NCBI RefSeq assembly: GCF_021028975.2
Contig: NC_059429.1
Coordinates: 67,270,001 to 67,334,000, forward strand
DNA: 64,000 bases
Source: Sphaerodactylus townsendi
Lineage: Eukaryota
Direction: 5' to 3'
Shown here one piece after another: positions 50,770 through 62,704 of this stretch. The notes below the pieces were generated by a model. It was given only the letters and a program-made list of their open reading frames with translations. It ran no database searches and was not told the DNA's origin. How positions within the stretch are numbered: position 1 is the stretch's first letter; every line of letters begins with the position of its first letter. The position numbers were made by a program, and so were the translations under genes.

Positions 50770-53028
50770 GAATAGAATAGAATAGAATAGAATCTTTATT
50801 GGCCAAGTGTGATTGGACACACAAGGAATTTGTCTCCGGTGCATATGCTCTCAGTGTACATAAAAGAAAATACATTTGTCAAGAATCATAAGGTACAGCA
50901 CTTAATGATTGTCATATAGGACTAGTAAGCAATCAGGAAACAATCAATAGTAATAAAAACATAAAATGTAAAATCATAAAATAAAATGAAATGTCAGCAC
51001 AGGCTATAGTCATACAGTCATAATTGGGAGGAGATGGGTAATAGGAATGATGAAAAAAGTAGTGCAGTAATTATATAATAAATATATAATAAATAGTTTG
51101 ACATTATCGAGGGAATTATTTGTTTAACAGAGTGATGGCATTCGGGAAAAAACTGTTCTTATGTCTAGTTGTCTTGGTGTTTTGGCAGTGCTGTGTAGCG
51201 GCGTTTAGGAGTAAGAAGTTGAAACAGTTTATGTCCAGGATCACGAGGGTCAGTAAATATTTTTCACAGCCCTTTTTGACCCGTGCAGTATACTGAGGTC
51301 CTCCAATGGAAGGCAGGTTAGCAGCAATTGTTTTTCTGCAGTTCCTGATTATTCTCTGAAGTCTGTGTCGATCTTGTTGGATTTGCAGAACCAAACCACA
51401 CAGTTACAGAGGTTACTTGAATGGCTGAATCCAATGATTCCTCTGTAGAACTGTATCTTGTAGCATCCTTGGGCAGTTTGGAAGCACCTGAGTTGTAGCA
51501 AGAACAGTGCTGTTGTATTAGCTTTTGGCAATGACATTTTCTTTGATATTAGGTGTCCATTTTTAGGTCATGAGATATGATTGGGCCTAGAAATTTAAAG
51601 GTCTCTACTGTGTTGATACTGTGTTGTCTAGTATTGTGAGGAGGAGGGTAGGATGGGAGGAGTTTCTCCTGAAATCTACCACCATTTTCTCTGAGTTTAA
51701 GTGTGTTCAGTTCTAGATTGTTCCAGTGGCACCACGAGGCTAGTTGTTCAACCTCCCGTCTGTATCACGGTTTCATGGAATTTGTCTCGAATGAGACCAA
51801 TCACTGTTAATATCATCTGCAAATTTCAGTATTTTTTAACAGATGGATGGATTTTGAATGCAGTGGTTGGTATACAGAGAAGAGAAGTGGTGTAAGTCTT
51901 ACACAGCCAGGGGCCCTGTGCTCATTTACAAGTGTCTGATACCTTAATTTTTCACAACTTCACCTGCTTGTTTCCTATCTGTTAGGAAGCTTGTGATCCC
52001 CACTTACAAATATGCTCAAGGTACTGCTAGCTGGTTTAGTTTGGTTAGAAAGAACCATAGAGTCTGATAGTATTGAATGCTGAACTAAAGTCAACAAAGA
52101 GGACCCTTGCATAGGTCTTTGGCTGATTCAAAGATGCTGCTTGGATATAGTGCAAAGCCATATTAACAGCATCATCTGTCGATCTATTTACTTTCGGTAT
52201 GCAAATTGCAAGGGGTCCAACAGTGGATCCATTGATGGTTTTCAAATGGTACATCACTAGCCTTTCAAAAGTTTTCACTTAACTACAGATGTTTAGAGCA
52301 ACTGGTCTTAGCCAGTGGATGCGTTCAGTTCCTTGATGGAAGCTTCTTGGCACTGGGAGACTGATAGTGGAAGGTGTTTGAAACGAAGGAAGGAACATAA
52401 CACATCTCTATTGATTTGTTAAAGATTTGGGTGAAAGATAGAGAGGCCCAGTGGACAGCTTCAGACTTTTAGGCAAGAAGGTGTTGCTTGTCTGGAGCCT
52501 GGTGCTTTTCCAGGCTTCTGTCTGTGAAATAGATCTTGCACTTCCTTTTCTGAGATCACCAGGGATTCACCAAACCAATAGAAATGGAGTTCAGTTGTAG
52601 GAAGTTTGGCTATTGTTGAGTGCATCTGAGATAGGGTTGTGGAGAAAGGTGACTGTAGATTGTTTTCAAACCTACAGTAGGAACCGTTCAGGTCGTCTGC
52701 CAATTACTGATTTCCTTCAGCTTGGGAAGATGGTTTACTGTAACCCGGTGATATTTTGAGAGTTTTCCACATGTTTGCTGTTTCGTTTTGGTGAAAACTG
52801 ATTTTTTAGCTTTTCAGAGTAGTTTCTTTTTTGCTGCTCTGATCTCGCTTTGTTAATACATTTCTGGCCTGATTGTACAGCATTCTATCACCCGCTTTCA
52901 CCTGTAGGCCTCTTCTTTGGAGATGGCCTTAACTGCTTAGGATTTAGCTGTGAACCAAGGTTTGTTGTTACTATATATACGCAAGTTCCTGGTTGGTATA
53001 CAAAGGTCTTCACAGAAGCTGACATAGG
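50770..53028 (-). mobile_element. 5'-truncated Rex1/Babar-like LINE
   Basis: Frameshifted RT peptides MKTFERLV, NRSTDDAVNMALH, YARVLFVDFSSAFNTI, KPGKAPG, TTRHKNSFFP; AATAAA + (TTCTA)n tail. Confidence 0.85.
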
Positions 53029-54053
53029 AGCCTAAGGATGAGCATCAGAGAAGAACCTGGAGAGAGCCTGTGTTGCTTGGTGCGGGGTGGAGAAAGGCTG
53101 GAAAAACTATGTGCCAGTATCTCAGTTTGTATAACTGGAAGCAGTTAGATCAAAACAAACAAACAAAAAACAGAAGTTATATTATGGGCTAGACATGAAG
53201 ACCCTGGGTATGGGTATGGCTTTGGGCTTCTAGTTCATTATCCCTATTGTGTTCCATACATGATTCCACAAAAGGCAATTAGGAGACATGTTGACTGGCT
53301 GAGATGCAAGGCTGAGTTGGCTGAGCAGCAGAAACAAGGCATCCTGCCACATCCTTTGGATCCCTGAGTGAGATGATGTTTTGTCATTAAAGATCTTCCC
53401 ATAGGCTTTGGCAATATTGGTATCCTTTGTCATTCCAGACAAAATATCTTTGCATTTTTATTGAATTAAGTTAGTCCCAAAGCATCAGAAATGCAAATTA
53501 GTCTGATAGGGCTGACAGTGGTGACCTTCCACCAAGGCAGCTTGTTGTGCAATAGCTTCCATCATGTCTTTTATGAATAACCAAGGGTAGATTCAAATGT
53601 GCAGAAAGAGCATATGGTACAGTGCTTCCTGGAATGTACTTCTGCAGACTGTGGGTGAGGGTCACATGTTGAAATATTTGGCCATGTTTGAGGAGGAAAA
53701 ATAGCTTTCTGTTTGCAGGATGCTAGCATATCAGGGATTGACCTAAGCTGAAACCTTCTTGCAAGGCTAGTGTCTTTGTAGTTAAGGAGTTAATTATGAA
53801 ATATGCAGTTCCATGCTGTTTGCTGTTTGTGCAAAGCCAGAATGCATCTAGAATTCATAATTAGCACAAAAAAACTGTGGACATCTGCCATGTATGATTA
53901 GGTAAATTATATTGTCAGATTTGGGTTCAGAAAACATCTGCCTGGGCTTGGACAAAGTCATGGCTAAGACCGAATAAGAAATTTTGGTTGGGAAAGCATT
54001 TTTGCTCACACTTACAATCTTTTGCCTTCAAGAAGTAATTTATAATACAGACT

Positions 54054-54262
54054 TGGGTGCTGTGTGGTTTCCGGGCTGTATGGCCGTGTTCTAGCAGCAT
54101 TCTCTCCTGACGTTTCGCCTGCATCTGTGGCTGGCATCTTCAGAGGATCATTCTTCAGATCCTCTGAAGATGCCAGGCACAGATGCAGGCGAAATCTGCC
54201 ATTCTGTTCTAGCATCTGAAACAGCTCTACCTGTGATTCGACACGATGAAAGCCTTCGACAA
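54054..54262. mobile_element. Penelope-like fold-back insertion with two head-to-head hammerhead cores
   Basis: 13-bp TSD TATAATACAGACT (54041-53 / 54263-75); inverted duplication centred at about 54153. Confidence 0.88.
54105..54147 (-). ncRNA. Minimal type I hammerhead ribozyme, consensus-intact
   Basis: UCCU-CUGAAGA-U-GCC(a)GC-cacagau-GC(a)GGC-GAAA-C-GUC^-AGGA: helix I UCCU/AGGA, helix II GCC/GGC, palindromic ACGU helix III, GUC cleavage triplet. Confidence 0.8.
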
Positions 54263-55788
54263 TATAATACAGACTGTAAATGGCAACTAATCCAATTTTG
54301 TAATCAAGTTTGTCTAGTAAACCTAACAAAGCTGGAAGTCCTCTCTATTTCAAAATGCTCTGGATCTGTAATAAATTCCAAAGATTTTGGTTTTTTAAAT
54401 AAATACAATAATCTTTTCTTGCTTATAAGAAACTCCCTGTTCCTCTAATTCTAGGCATATAGACAAAACTTTGTCAATACTTGACAAAACTTGTCGAGCG
54501 TATAGACAAAACTTGTCAAAACTATTAAAGAATCTATTCAGAGTGTATGTAGAACCCGCATTTTCATTGGGTGTTCTATACCAGAACCAAACTGCATTCA
54601 AAGAATCCTTCTAATTAATAAAACCCGACACAGCTGGTTGCATAGCTTGTGCATGTGTGTGTTTCGACATTCATTGCACACAACGGTTTTTCGAGATGGC
54701 CAGTAGATGGTGTGTATTTAGACACTCACTGCACACAACAGTTTTTTGAGATGATTGTAAGGAACAGGTTTTTTTCATATTAGGTTAACCAAATTCCCCT
54801 AGGTGTGAGGATGGAGCATAATACTTGGATGCTGGCACTTTGCAGCCAAAGTGAAGTGTTGAAAAAGATAATTCCTTCAGTAAAGAAGGACGATCTCAAG
54901 GAAATCAAAACCCTTGAAGCATGTCAGTCTCTTTAGTATGGCTGCTGAGACCTTGGTTGATTCCCCAAGGTCAATTTATTATGTGATACTCAAACGAAAA
55001 AACATGGCTTAAGCAAGAACTCCCCACCGCTTAAGTGCCCAACACGGATTCATCCAGGTTCTGGCACGCGTTCCCCCCATCCTGCATTTTTTCAGAACTT
55101 GCATTGAAGTGCACCTTTTTTCCAATCACGCTCCGAAGCTGGATCAGTGGGGAGAAACAGGAGACAGACGTGGCTTATTGTTTCCGCCCTTCAAACCTTC
55201 AGCCAATCAGAGCGCAGAGCGCAGCCTTTTTTTGTTTGCTGGGCATGGCTATGAAGGAACATAAATACAAAACTACAAAACAATGATTTTGATAAATTGT
55301 TTATGCGTGGCTACATTCAAACATAGAAACAAGAAGAAGAATAACATGAATTTTCATTCATGGATGGAGTAGTGTTCCCGCTCCAGCACAATAGCCAATC
55401 AGAAGGTGGGGAAATTCTGCCTATGCATCTACGTAGTGAAATAGCTGCATGAAAAAAAGTGTTTTAAAAAGTTCCCACCTCAAAACAACAGCCAATCAGG
55501 ACGAGGAACAACAGATCCGCCGAGCAAATCATGTGTTCGTGGGGAGTGTTACATTGTTTGAAACTGCGATAGACATCAAGGTCTTCACTAGACACCTGCT
55601 ACAGTGGGGAGGGAGAAACCGTGATGAAAAAGGTGCTATTTCTTTTGGAACTGGGATGTATCTGGCTTAATTTCTCAGTAGGGATTCTACCCTTGATGAC
55701 TGTTTCCTGCATAACTCTGCAGAAACTTCCACATTCTGCAAAAGTATTCCAAGAAGGCAAAATCCTGAGGTCATATAACAGAAGCAGT

Positions 55789-55899
55789 GGGTTGGATCCA
55801 AAGAGGCCCTTCTTATGAAAGGAGTCTTCCATTGATGTAAGAATTTCTTCTATAAATAGAAGATTCCTGTGAGCAGAAGGGCCTCTTTGGATCCAACCC
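55789..55899. mobile_element. 111-bp hairpin MITE
   Basis: Perfect 25-bp TIR GGGTTGGATCCAAAGAGGCCCTTCT / AGAAGGGCCTCTTTGGATCCAACCC. Confidence 0.8.
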
Positions 55900-56741
55900 T
55901 TGGGAAGAGCGTGAAACAGTGAGTCTCACCAATTATATCCTGACATATATAATGTACATTATGTACTAATTCACATGCTAGTTTGGAGCCTTCCTTTATG
56001 CAGAATTTTTTTTCTATACATACATGTATAAACAGCAATCGAGTCAGGTATGTTGTGAGTGATAGGAGAGAATTCACAAGCATACCCAGTTGTTTGCGTG
56101 TGTTGTAGTGGGATTCATGTATATGTCAATCATCATCGATTTGTTAGCAAGCGTTGCTTGTATAAGTAAATATAAATGAGGCATAAGTGGGATTTATTTA
56201 TGGATTTCATTCCTGGCTTTTTTCAGCTCTGACCTTACTACCACTTGCCTTGCTTTTGTGTGATTAGGGTGATGTCGACTGCAGAAGTGCTGTATTTGTT
56301 TGGTTGAAGGAAAATATGTTGACACACTGGATACTGCATCCTCAGTCTAATTTGTTTTTATCATTTGCCCTCTTGTACAAAAATGTTGGATGTCAAATGT
56401 ATTTTATGACTCACTGATGTACCACAGAACATTCTGAGCAGTAGTTTATTTCTCAGCTCATTTCCCAAGCTAGAATAAATGTTCCCTTAAGCAATCCCTA
56501 TGTGCTTGTTATTAGGGGACTAGTTTGTGTGCTGAATCCTTAACAGGTGGGTCTCATAAGTTTATGCAAGACAGGCTCAACACTCACAGTTGCTGATCTC
56601 AAACACATATTCACCCAGATGTTGCCCATCATATAATTTTAATTACACTTTATCCTGCCTTCCTGTGGATGCATTTGTTGCCACACTTGAAGCTATTGAG
56701 GGCAATGCACATGGTTCCTCCTGTCCCCCAATATTTGGTCA

Positions 56742-57004
56742 NNNNNNNNNNNNNNNNNNNNNNNNNNNNNNNNNNNNNNNNNNNNNNNNNNNNNNNNNNN
56801 NNNNNNNNNNNNNNNNNNNNNNNNNNNNNNNNNNNNNNNNNNNNNNNNNNNNNNNNNNNNNNNNNNNNNNNNNNNNNNNNNNNNNNNNNNNNNNNNNNNN
56901 NNNNNNNNNNNNNNNNNNNNNNNNNNNNNNNNNNNNNNNNNNNNNNNNNNNNNNNNNNNNNNNNNNNNNNNNNNNNNNNNNNNNNNNNNNNNNNNNNNNN
57001 NNNN
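56742..57004. other. Assembly gap (N run), followed by a reverse SINE fragment 57005-57120
   Basis: 263 N. Confidence 1.
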
Positions 57005-57142
57005 CTCATTGCAACCTTGTGAGGTAGGTTAGGCAGAGAGAGAAAGAGAGAGAGAGAATAGTCCAAAGTTATCCAGTGATCTTCATGACTGAGGGTGATT
57101 TGAACCTAAGTTTCTCCATTCTGTTTTCCCCAACTTGGACAG

Positions 57143-57711
57143 CTCTCACTTCCTGTTTGTGCAGGTCACATCTGCCATCTTCTGTTACTTCAGGCTTCTC
57201 TGTGCTGCCCACCCTTTGCAGAAGGTTCCCATGAACCTTTGCTCTACTTGCAGCTCATCCACCTGCCATTTTCGTTTTTGAAGCACATGAATTTTGAAGC
57301 ACATGAATTTTCACTGCTGATTCTGTGCACTTGTAGTTTTTCCTTCTTTTTTCAATGTATCTTTATAACTTCCAAGATACCCCATTGGGAACAAAGGAAA
57401 AATAACACATCTGGGGAATCAGCAGTGAAAATTAACTTTATTCATGTACTTTACAGAACGAAATGGCAGCTTCAAAGACACCCATCATAGCTTCAAATAC
57501 ACCTCATTGAGGAAAAAAGGAAAAACAACACGTGCAGAATTGGCTGTGAAAACTAACTTTATTCATGTACTTTACAAATGGAAATGGTGGGCAGATAAGC
57601 TGCAAGCAGAGCAAATATTTTTGGGAACCTTTTGCAAATGGTGGGTGGCATGGAGAAGCCTGAAGTGGCAGAAAATGGTGGGTGTGAGCTGCACAAACAG
57701 AAAGTGAGAAC
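57143..57711. repeat. Long imperfect palindrome (old fold-back MITE)
   Basis: CTCACTTCCTGTTTGTGCAG...ACTTCAGGCTTCTC...TTTGCAGAAGGTTCCC mirrored by GGGAACCTTTTGCAAA...GAGAAGCCTGAAGT...CTGCACAAACAGAAAGTGAG. Confidence 0.75.
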
Positions 57712-58189
57712 TGGGGGTGGGGTGAAGCATTCCCCTGGAATGATTTTTTCCCCACACTATGCAGACAAAAAAACCAAAGCGGTTCTTTTTAAAAATTTGC
57801 AAGACATTTTATTTGTGTTGTGTGGAATGGACCCTAGTCTAACATTCCACAACATTTGGGGGAACAGAAGCATACTGATGACACCCCAGCCTGAAGCTCC
57901 TGGCTAGATGGGTGAGGGTTTCACATATAGCACATCAAAGGGTGTAATGGTGAGACTCTCTTCCCTAGCGACATGCTCAGTCCCCTGCCTTGGAGGAATG
58001 AGACCATTCACTGAAGGACTGTCCCCTGAACTCCAGTATTAGCAAGAGGTAGGTCAAAAGATTGTGTTCACTTTGTCAAATGCTGCTGATAAATTAAGTA
58101 ACATCAGCAGCACTCACCCACCTTGATCCAACTGAGTATGGAGATCATCTGTGAGGGCAACTAGCACAGACTCCACCTGTGGCTGGGCC

Positions 58190-59570
58190 AGATCAGATCA
58201 GACTACTGTCACTTGTTCTACACAGGGCTGCCCTTGAAGTTGCTCCAGAAACTCCATCTGGTCCACAATGTGGCAGAGTGAATTCTTATAGATACTTGAA
58301 GAGTGCATAATCAACCAGTGCTCCACCAGCTGCACTGGCTCTAGGCTGAGTATTGGATCAGGTTCAAAGTTTTGGTTTTTACCTTCAAAGCTCTCAATGA
58401 TTTGGGACCCTTGAATCTATGGGACTGCCTTTCTTGATACATCTGCCAGAGAGTGTTCAATAGAAACAAACTCCCAGAACTGTCAAGCTGTCCTCAGGCA
58501 GAGCCAGAGCTTCTTCAGCCATGGCCCAGCCTGGTAAAACTCTCTGTTAGGTGAGACTCAGGTCCTGCAGGACCTTGTTCAGTTTGCAGGGCCTATAAGA
58601 CAGAGATGTTCTGCCAGGGTTGCAATGACTTCCATACCAGCTCATCTCCCTTCCCCTTTCCCCTCTCTTTTTCTTTGCTTTCCACTGTTAAATTTTTGCT
58701 TAACCCTTTTTGTCTCTAAACCTTCCTACTGGCATCTCTACCCAAACCAAAGTTACCCAGCAGTGTTATGGCTTCCTCTTTAAAGCATTCACATAACTAT
58801 CCTGGCTGATAAAATCATGCAAGAATCACATTAGTGACTCTTCAGGGCATGTTCCCTCAACCATTCAAAGAGGCAATTATTTGTCCATTACTTAAAAAAC
58901 CATCCCAACAGAAAAATAATGTGACCAATTATCACTCAGTCTCCAATCTATGCTTTCTGAGCAATGTGATTTAAGGAGCAGTATCAAATCAACTCCAGAT
59001 CTTTATGGATAACCCATCTGTTCTAGAACCATTCTTGCTTCAGGCCAAGCTGTTGGACAGAAAAAACTTTGCTAGCTTTCGTTGTCAACCTTCATCTGAG
59101 TGTAGTCAAAAGCCAAGAGTCCCTGTTGCTATTTTGAATTTATCTGCAGCCTTCAATACAAGATCATCCCATCTTGCTGAGGCACCTGGAGGCAGAAGTA
59201 GGTATCAGGGGAGGTTCAAATAGTTTCTCAAGTATTTCTCAAAGGTTTTCAGAGGGAAGCCAGAGACCTATTTTGTGGGGTTCCACAGGGTGCAAGTCTA
59301 TCCACAGTGCTTTTCAATCTCTGTGTAAAGCCTTCAGGATAAATTATTCATTGCTTTGGAGTTGGCTGTCATCAATATACTGATGATATTCAGCTGTATA
59401 TATCCTATCCAAACCTCCTGATGATCCAATAGAGGTCCTGAATTGCTGTGTGCCTGTGGTGCTTAATGGGCTAAAAGTGAACAAGTAAACCCTGAAGAGT
59501 AAACCTGAAGTGAACCCTGAAGAGACAAAGGTAATGCTGGTTGGGGAGGAGGACGTCTTGAAGGACATTG

Positions 59571-59640
<70 letters not shown>

Positions 59641-59950
59641 ATTTATTGGACTTTTTAACCGCCCTCCCCCTAGGTGCTCAGGGCAGTGAACAACAGTAAT
59701 AAAACATACGTTAAAAACAGTAAAAAAACAAGTCAATATAATCAATAAAAACCAGAACCATAAAGTGCAGATGAGGTATTCCTTTCCCCTCCCCACCCTC
59801 GTACCCATGGGAGGCCAGATGTAATGGTAGATGTAATTAACCAGGCTGGCCAAATGCCTGGTGGAACAGGTCCGTCTTGCAGGCCCTGTGGAAGCTCTGC
59901 AAGTCCCCTGATCTCCTTTGGGAGCCTGTTCCACCAGGTGGGGACATGGC
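58190..59950. mobile_element. Cluster of decayed L2-like LINE fragments (58190-58630 +, 58850-59570 +, 59640-59950 -)
   Basis: Remnant peptides such as LHWL...RFKVLV.TFKAL, LSAAFNT, CHQY.DD.QLY and LKVN; reversed tail TTTATTTATT...ACCGCCCT. Confidence 0.6.
59575..59638. repeat. (CT)n microsatellite
   Basis: About 32 uninterrupted CT units. Confidence 0.98.
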
Positions 59951-62143
59951 CCACCCACTCTAGCGGAGGGAGGGGAGGGGTGGCATGCAAGGGAGGAGAG
60001 GGAGGGGCCCCGGCATCGGGACATGGCCCACCCACCCTAGCAGAGGGAGGGGGAGAGGAGGGATTGAGGGGTGGCATGCAAGGGAGGGGCGGGAGGAGTA
60101 TATACTCTGAATATGGAAGCAGAAGCTGTGGTCTCATGACCTTTATATGACCATAAATGTATAGGACCATTGGAGTTATTTGTGTCTTAATTCTGTGCAC
60201 TGGTTGTGGGTAACTTACAATGAACTGTTTTACTGTGAGGGTGCTTTATCTGCTATTCAACCTCTCACAGTAGAGTTTAGCATCTGGTGTAAGGTCCCTT
60301 TTAAGGTTATAACCTCACAATGAAGATCTATTGATTCTGGCACATGGCATGAGTACAGGTATGAAACATGTGTAACATATACATGCATATACTTTGCATT
60401 GCAAAACATCCTATGGATGCACAAACACTAATGAGCTATGTTTTATTATTTCAGTTGAATTTACATCTATGTACTTATATACTCTAGAGCAAAGAACTGT
60501 TTCCACTCTCTAACTTTAGTTTAAACATTTATGGTTCCAACCATGTTATGCTTCCATGCATCTATGATGCTTTTTGTACAGTTGGTTGGTAGCATTATTA
60601 CCTTATTAAATAGTCCTGTTCTTTGTTTACATTGTTATATTACTACTGTTATGGATTATTGGTTTTATGATTAGGTTACTAAAAGGGCATAGTGCTTTTT
60701 CCTAAGGAAAAATATACAGGCAAAGAACCTTGCCCTAACCATTTAGAGTCAAACTGACAGAGTAAATGGGGAAAGGCTATATTGTCAAGAACTAATGAAT
60801 TTTGCCTTGGGGAATGGTACAAGGAACAAATTGAGAATAAGTGCCAGAATTAAATTGGTTAGGTAATTGGCAGGATCGTTTTTAATAGCAAACATTATTC
60901 TCAGTCACACTGAGGTTTCTCAGATTAGTCTCCTGTAAGTCATTTTGACTGTACTTAAGATCTCTACGACCAAAACTACTGTGGAGAAAAATTCTTTCTC
61001 TTTGTATCAACTTGACCAGAAGAGTTGTATAATTTAATCTTAGGCCCTTTATGCATGCAGAATCCACCCCAAGGCTGTTTGCTCTGTAGTGGGATTTTCC
61101 AGTGTTTTTTCGTTTACACAGTATTCTTGCTGAGCTGTGCCACCATTTTCTCACTCCCCCCTTCCCACGCTTCTTTGTTGTTTCTGCAACTTCCATTTTT
61201 TTCTGGATTTGGAAACCTTGCAGAGAATCTGATCTGAAGCATGGTGAGTTCTGAAATGTATAACAATCTAACTGATGCTCTTAAGATACCTATGCTTTTG
61301 AACAACATGGATCCCACAGTGTGTGAGAATGTAGCAAAATTTCTGCTAACAATAATAGACGTAAGTCTAGATGAATACCAACCAATGTCTATGTATTATG
61401 ACCACATATAGCCAGCAGTAATTTTTCTAGCTTCTGTCAGTATCCGATGACGTTTAAGTGAGTTAACTTAGCTGAAGGAATGTCCTATAGTTACAGAAGG
61501 ACCATGTATATATTTTAGTATTTAGTATTTTAGTACCAGTGTCTATAATTGTGAGCAATAATGGGCAAATTTTGTATGCTGATTTTGTATGTTTATTTTA
61601 TGCCAATAAAGGCTTGTGACTGAGTTCTGAAATGTGCATAACTGAGAATCTAACCTGAAAGGAATGTATGCTGAACTCGAAGGAGACCACGAGTGCGTAA
61701 ACGGCCTTAGAGAACTTTGCAAAACATAACAATAGAACCATTTTGGTGCTTGACTTATAAGATGTGACAGAATCTCCCCTCACTGAAAGTGTCACAAGGA
61801 AAGTTTCTCCTCCACCCAGGGTTCTCACTTAAGTAGACATATGTCATTTTAGTCACTGTTCAGGAAATTATACAACACTTAACACAATCTGGAAGCCAAG
61901 TGGCTCCATCTAATCTTGGTACAGTGAAGGTTCCCCTCTTTGTAAAATGTTAAGACAATTCTAGTAAATTCTAATGATGAAACCTCCCCACCCAACCATA
62001 CAAGCACCTAATGTAGGCAGATTGATTATCTCTAAAATGTGCTCAATATTCATAACCAGTCTTAGAATGAATGTGGTATACCATTATTAACTAAAAACAG
62101 CACACTCTGTTTCTAAGGTAGTTTATCTGGAAATTATAGTATT

Positions 62144-62308
62144 GGGGTGTTGTGGAGTTTCCAGGCTGTGTGGCCAGAGGATCCTCTGAAGATGCCAGCC
62201 ACAGATGCAGGTGAAACGTCAGGAGAAACTGCTACTGGAACACGGCCATACAGTCCGGAAACCCTACAGCTTCCCGGTGATTCCAGCCGTGAAAGCCTTC
62301 GACAATAC
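62144..62308 (+). mobile_element. Penelope-like insertion with 5' inversion and hammerhead core
   Basis: 12-bp TSD AATTATAGTATT (62132-43 / 62309-20); 62144-75 is an inverted copy of 62244-75; terminus GAAAGCCTTCGACAATAC. Confidence 0.88.
62182..62224 (+). ncRNA. Minimal type I hammerhead ribozyme, core intact with a G-U pair closing helix II
   Basis: TCCT-CTGAAGA(62186-92)-T-GCC...GGT-GAAA(62213-16)-CGTC^AGGA; predicted cleavage after 62220. Confidence 0.7.
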
Positions 62309-62704
62309 AATTATAGTATTTTTTAAAACACGTATACATCACTGCTAAATCTAGGAATAAGGAGCCAACTTTGTCTATATAAATGTCTTTTCAGAGAACA
62401 ACTGTGCTCAAACAGGTTTTCATTTAGAGAAAACAATGCATTGTTGTATCCACTTACTGAGTCCAACAAAAAAAGTACTGAGCTGGCACTTGGTCTATTC
62501 GACTTCTGCATTTGCTAGCAATATGTTTAATTCTCAGCCCTGTCAAATCTGTGAATATTTAAATCCAGAGACTGGAGGCATGAATAGAAAAGGCAATGCT
62601 ATGTACTGTTCTGGTCACCACATCTCAAAAAACAAAAAAGGCAAAGCTGGAAAAAGTACTGAAGAGGGTAACCAAGATGATTGCAAGATGGTTGGAGCAT
62701 GTTG

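Noticed and set aside
56590-57066. ORFs spanning X runs
   Set aside because: Artefacts of the N gap
59344-60200. 226-aa ORF with ER dipeptide repeat
   Set aside because: Product of a (CT)n microsatellite plus L2 fragments and a short tandem duplication
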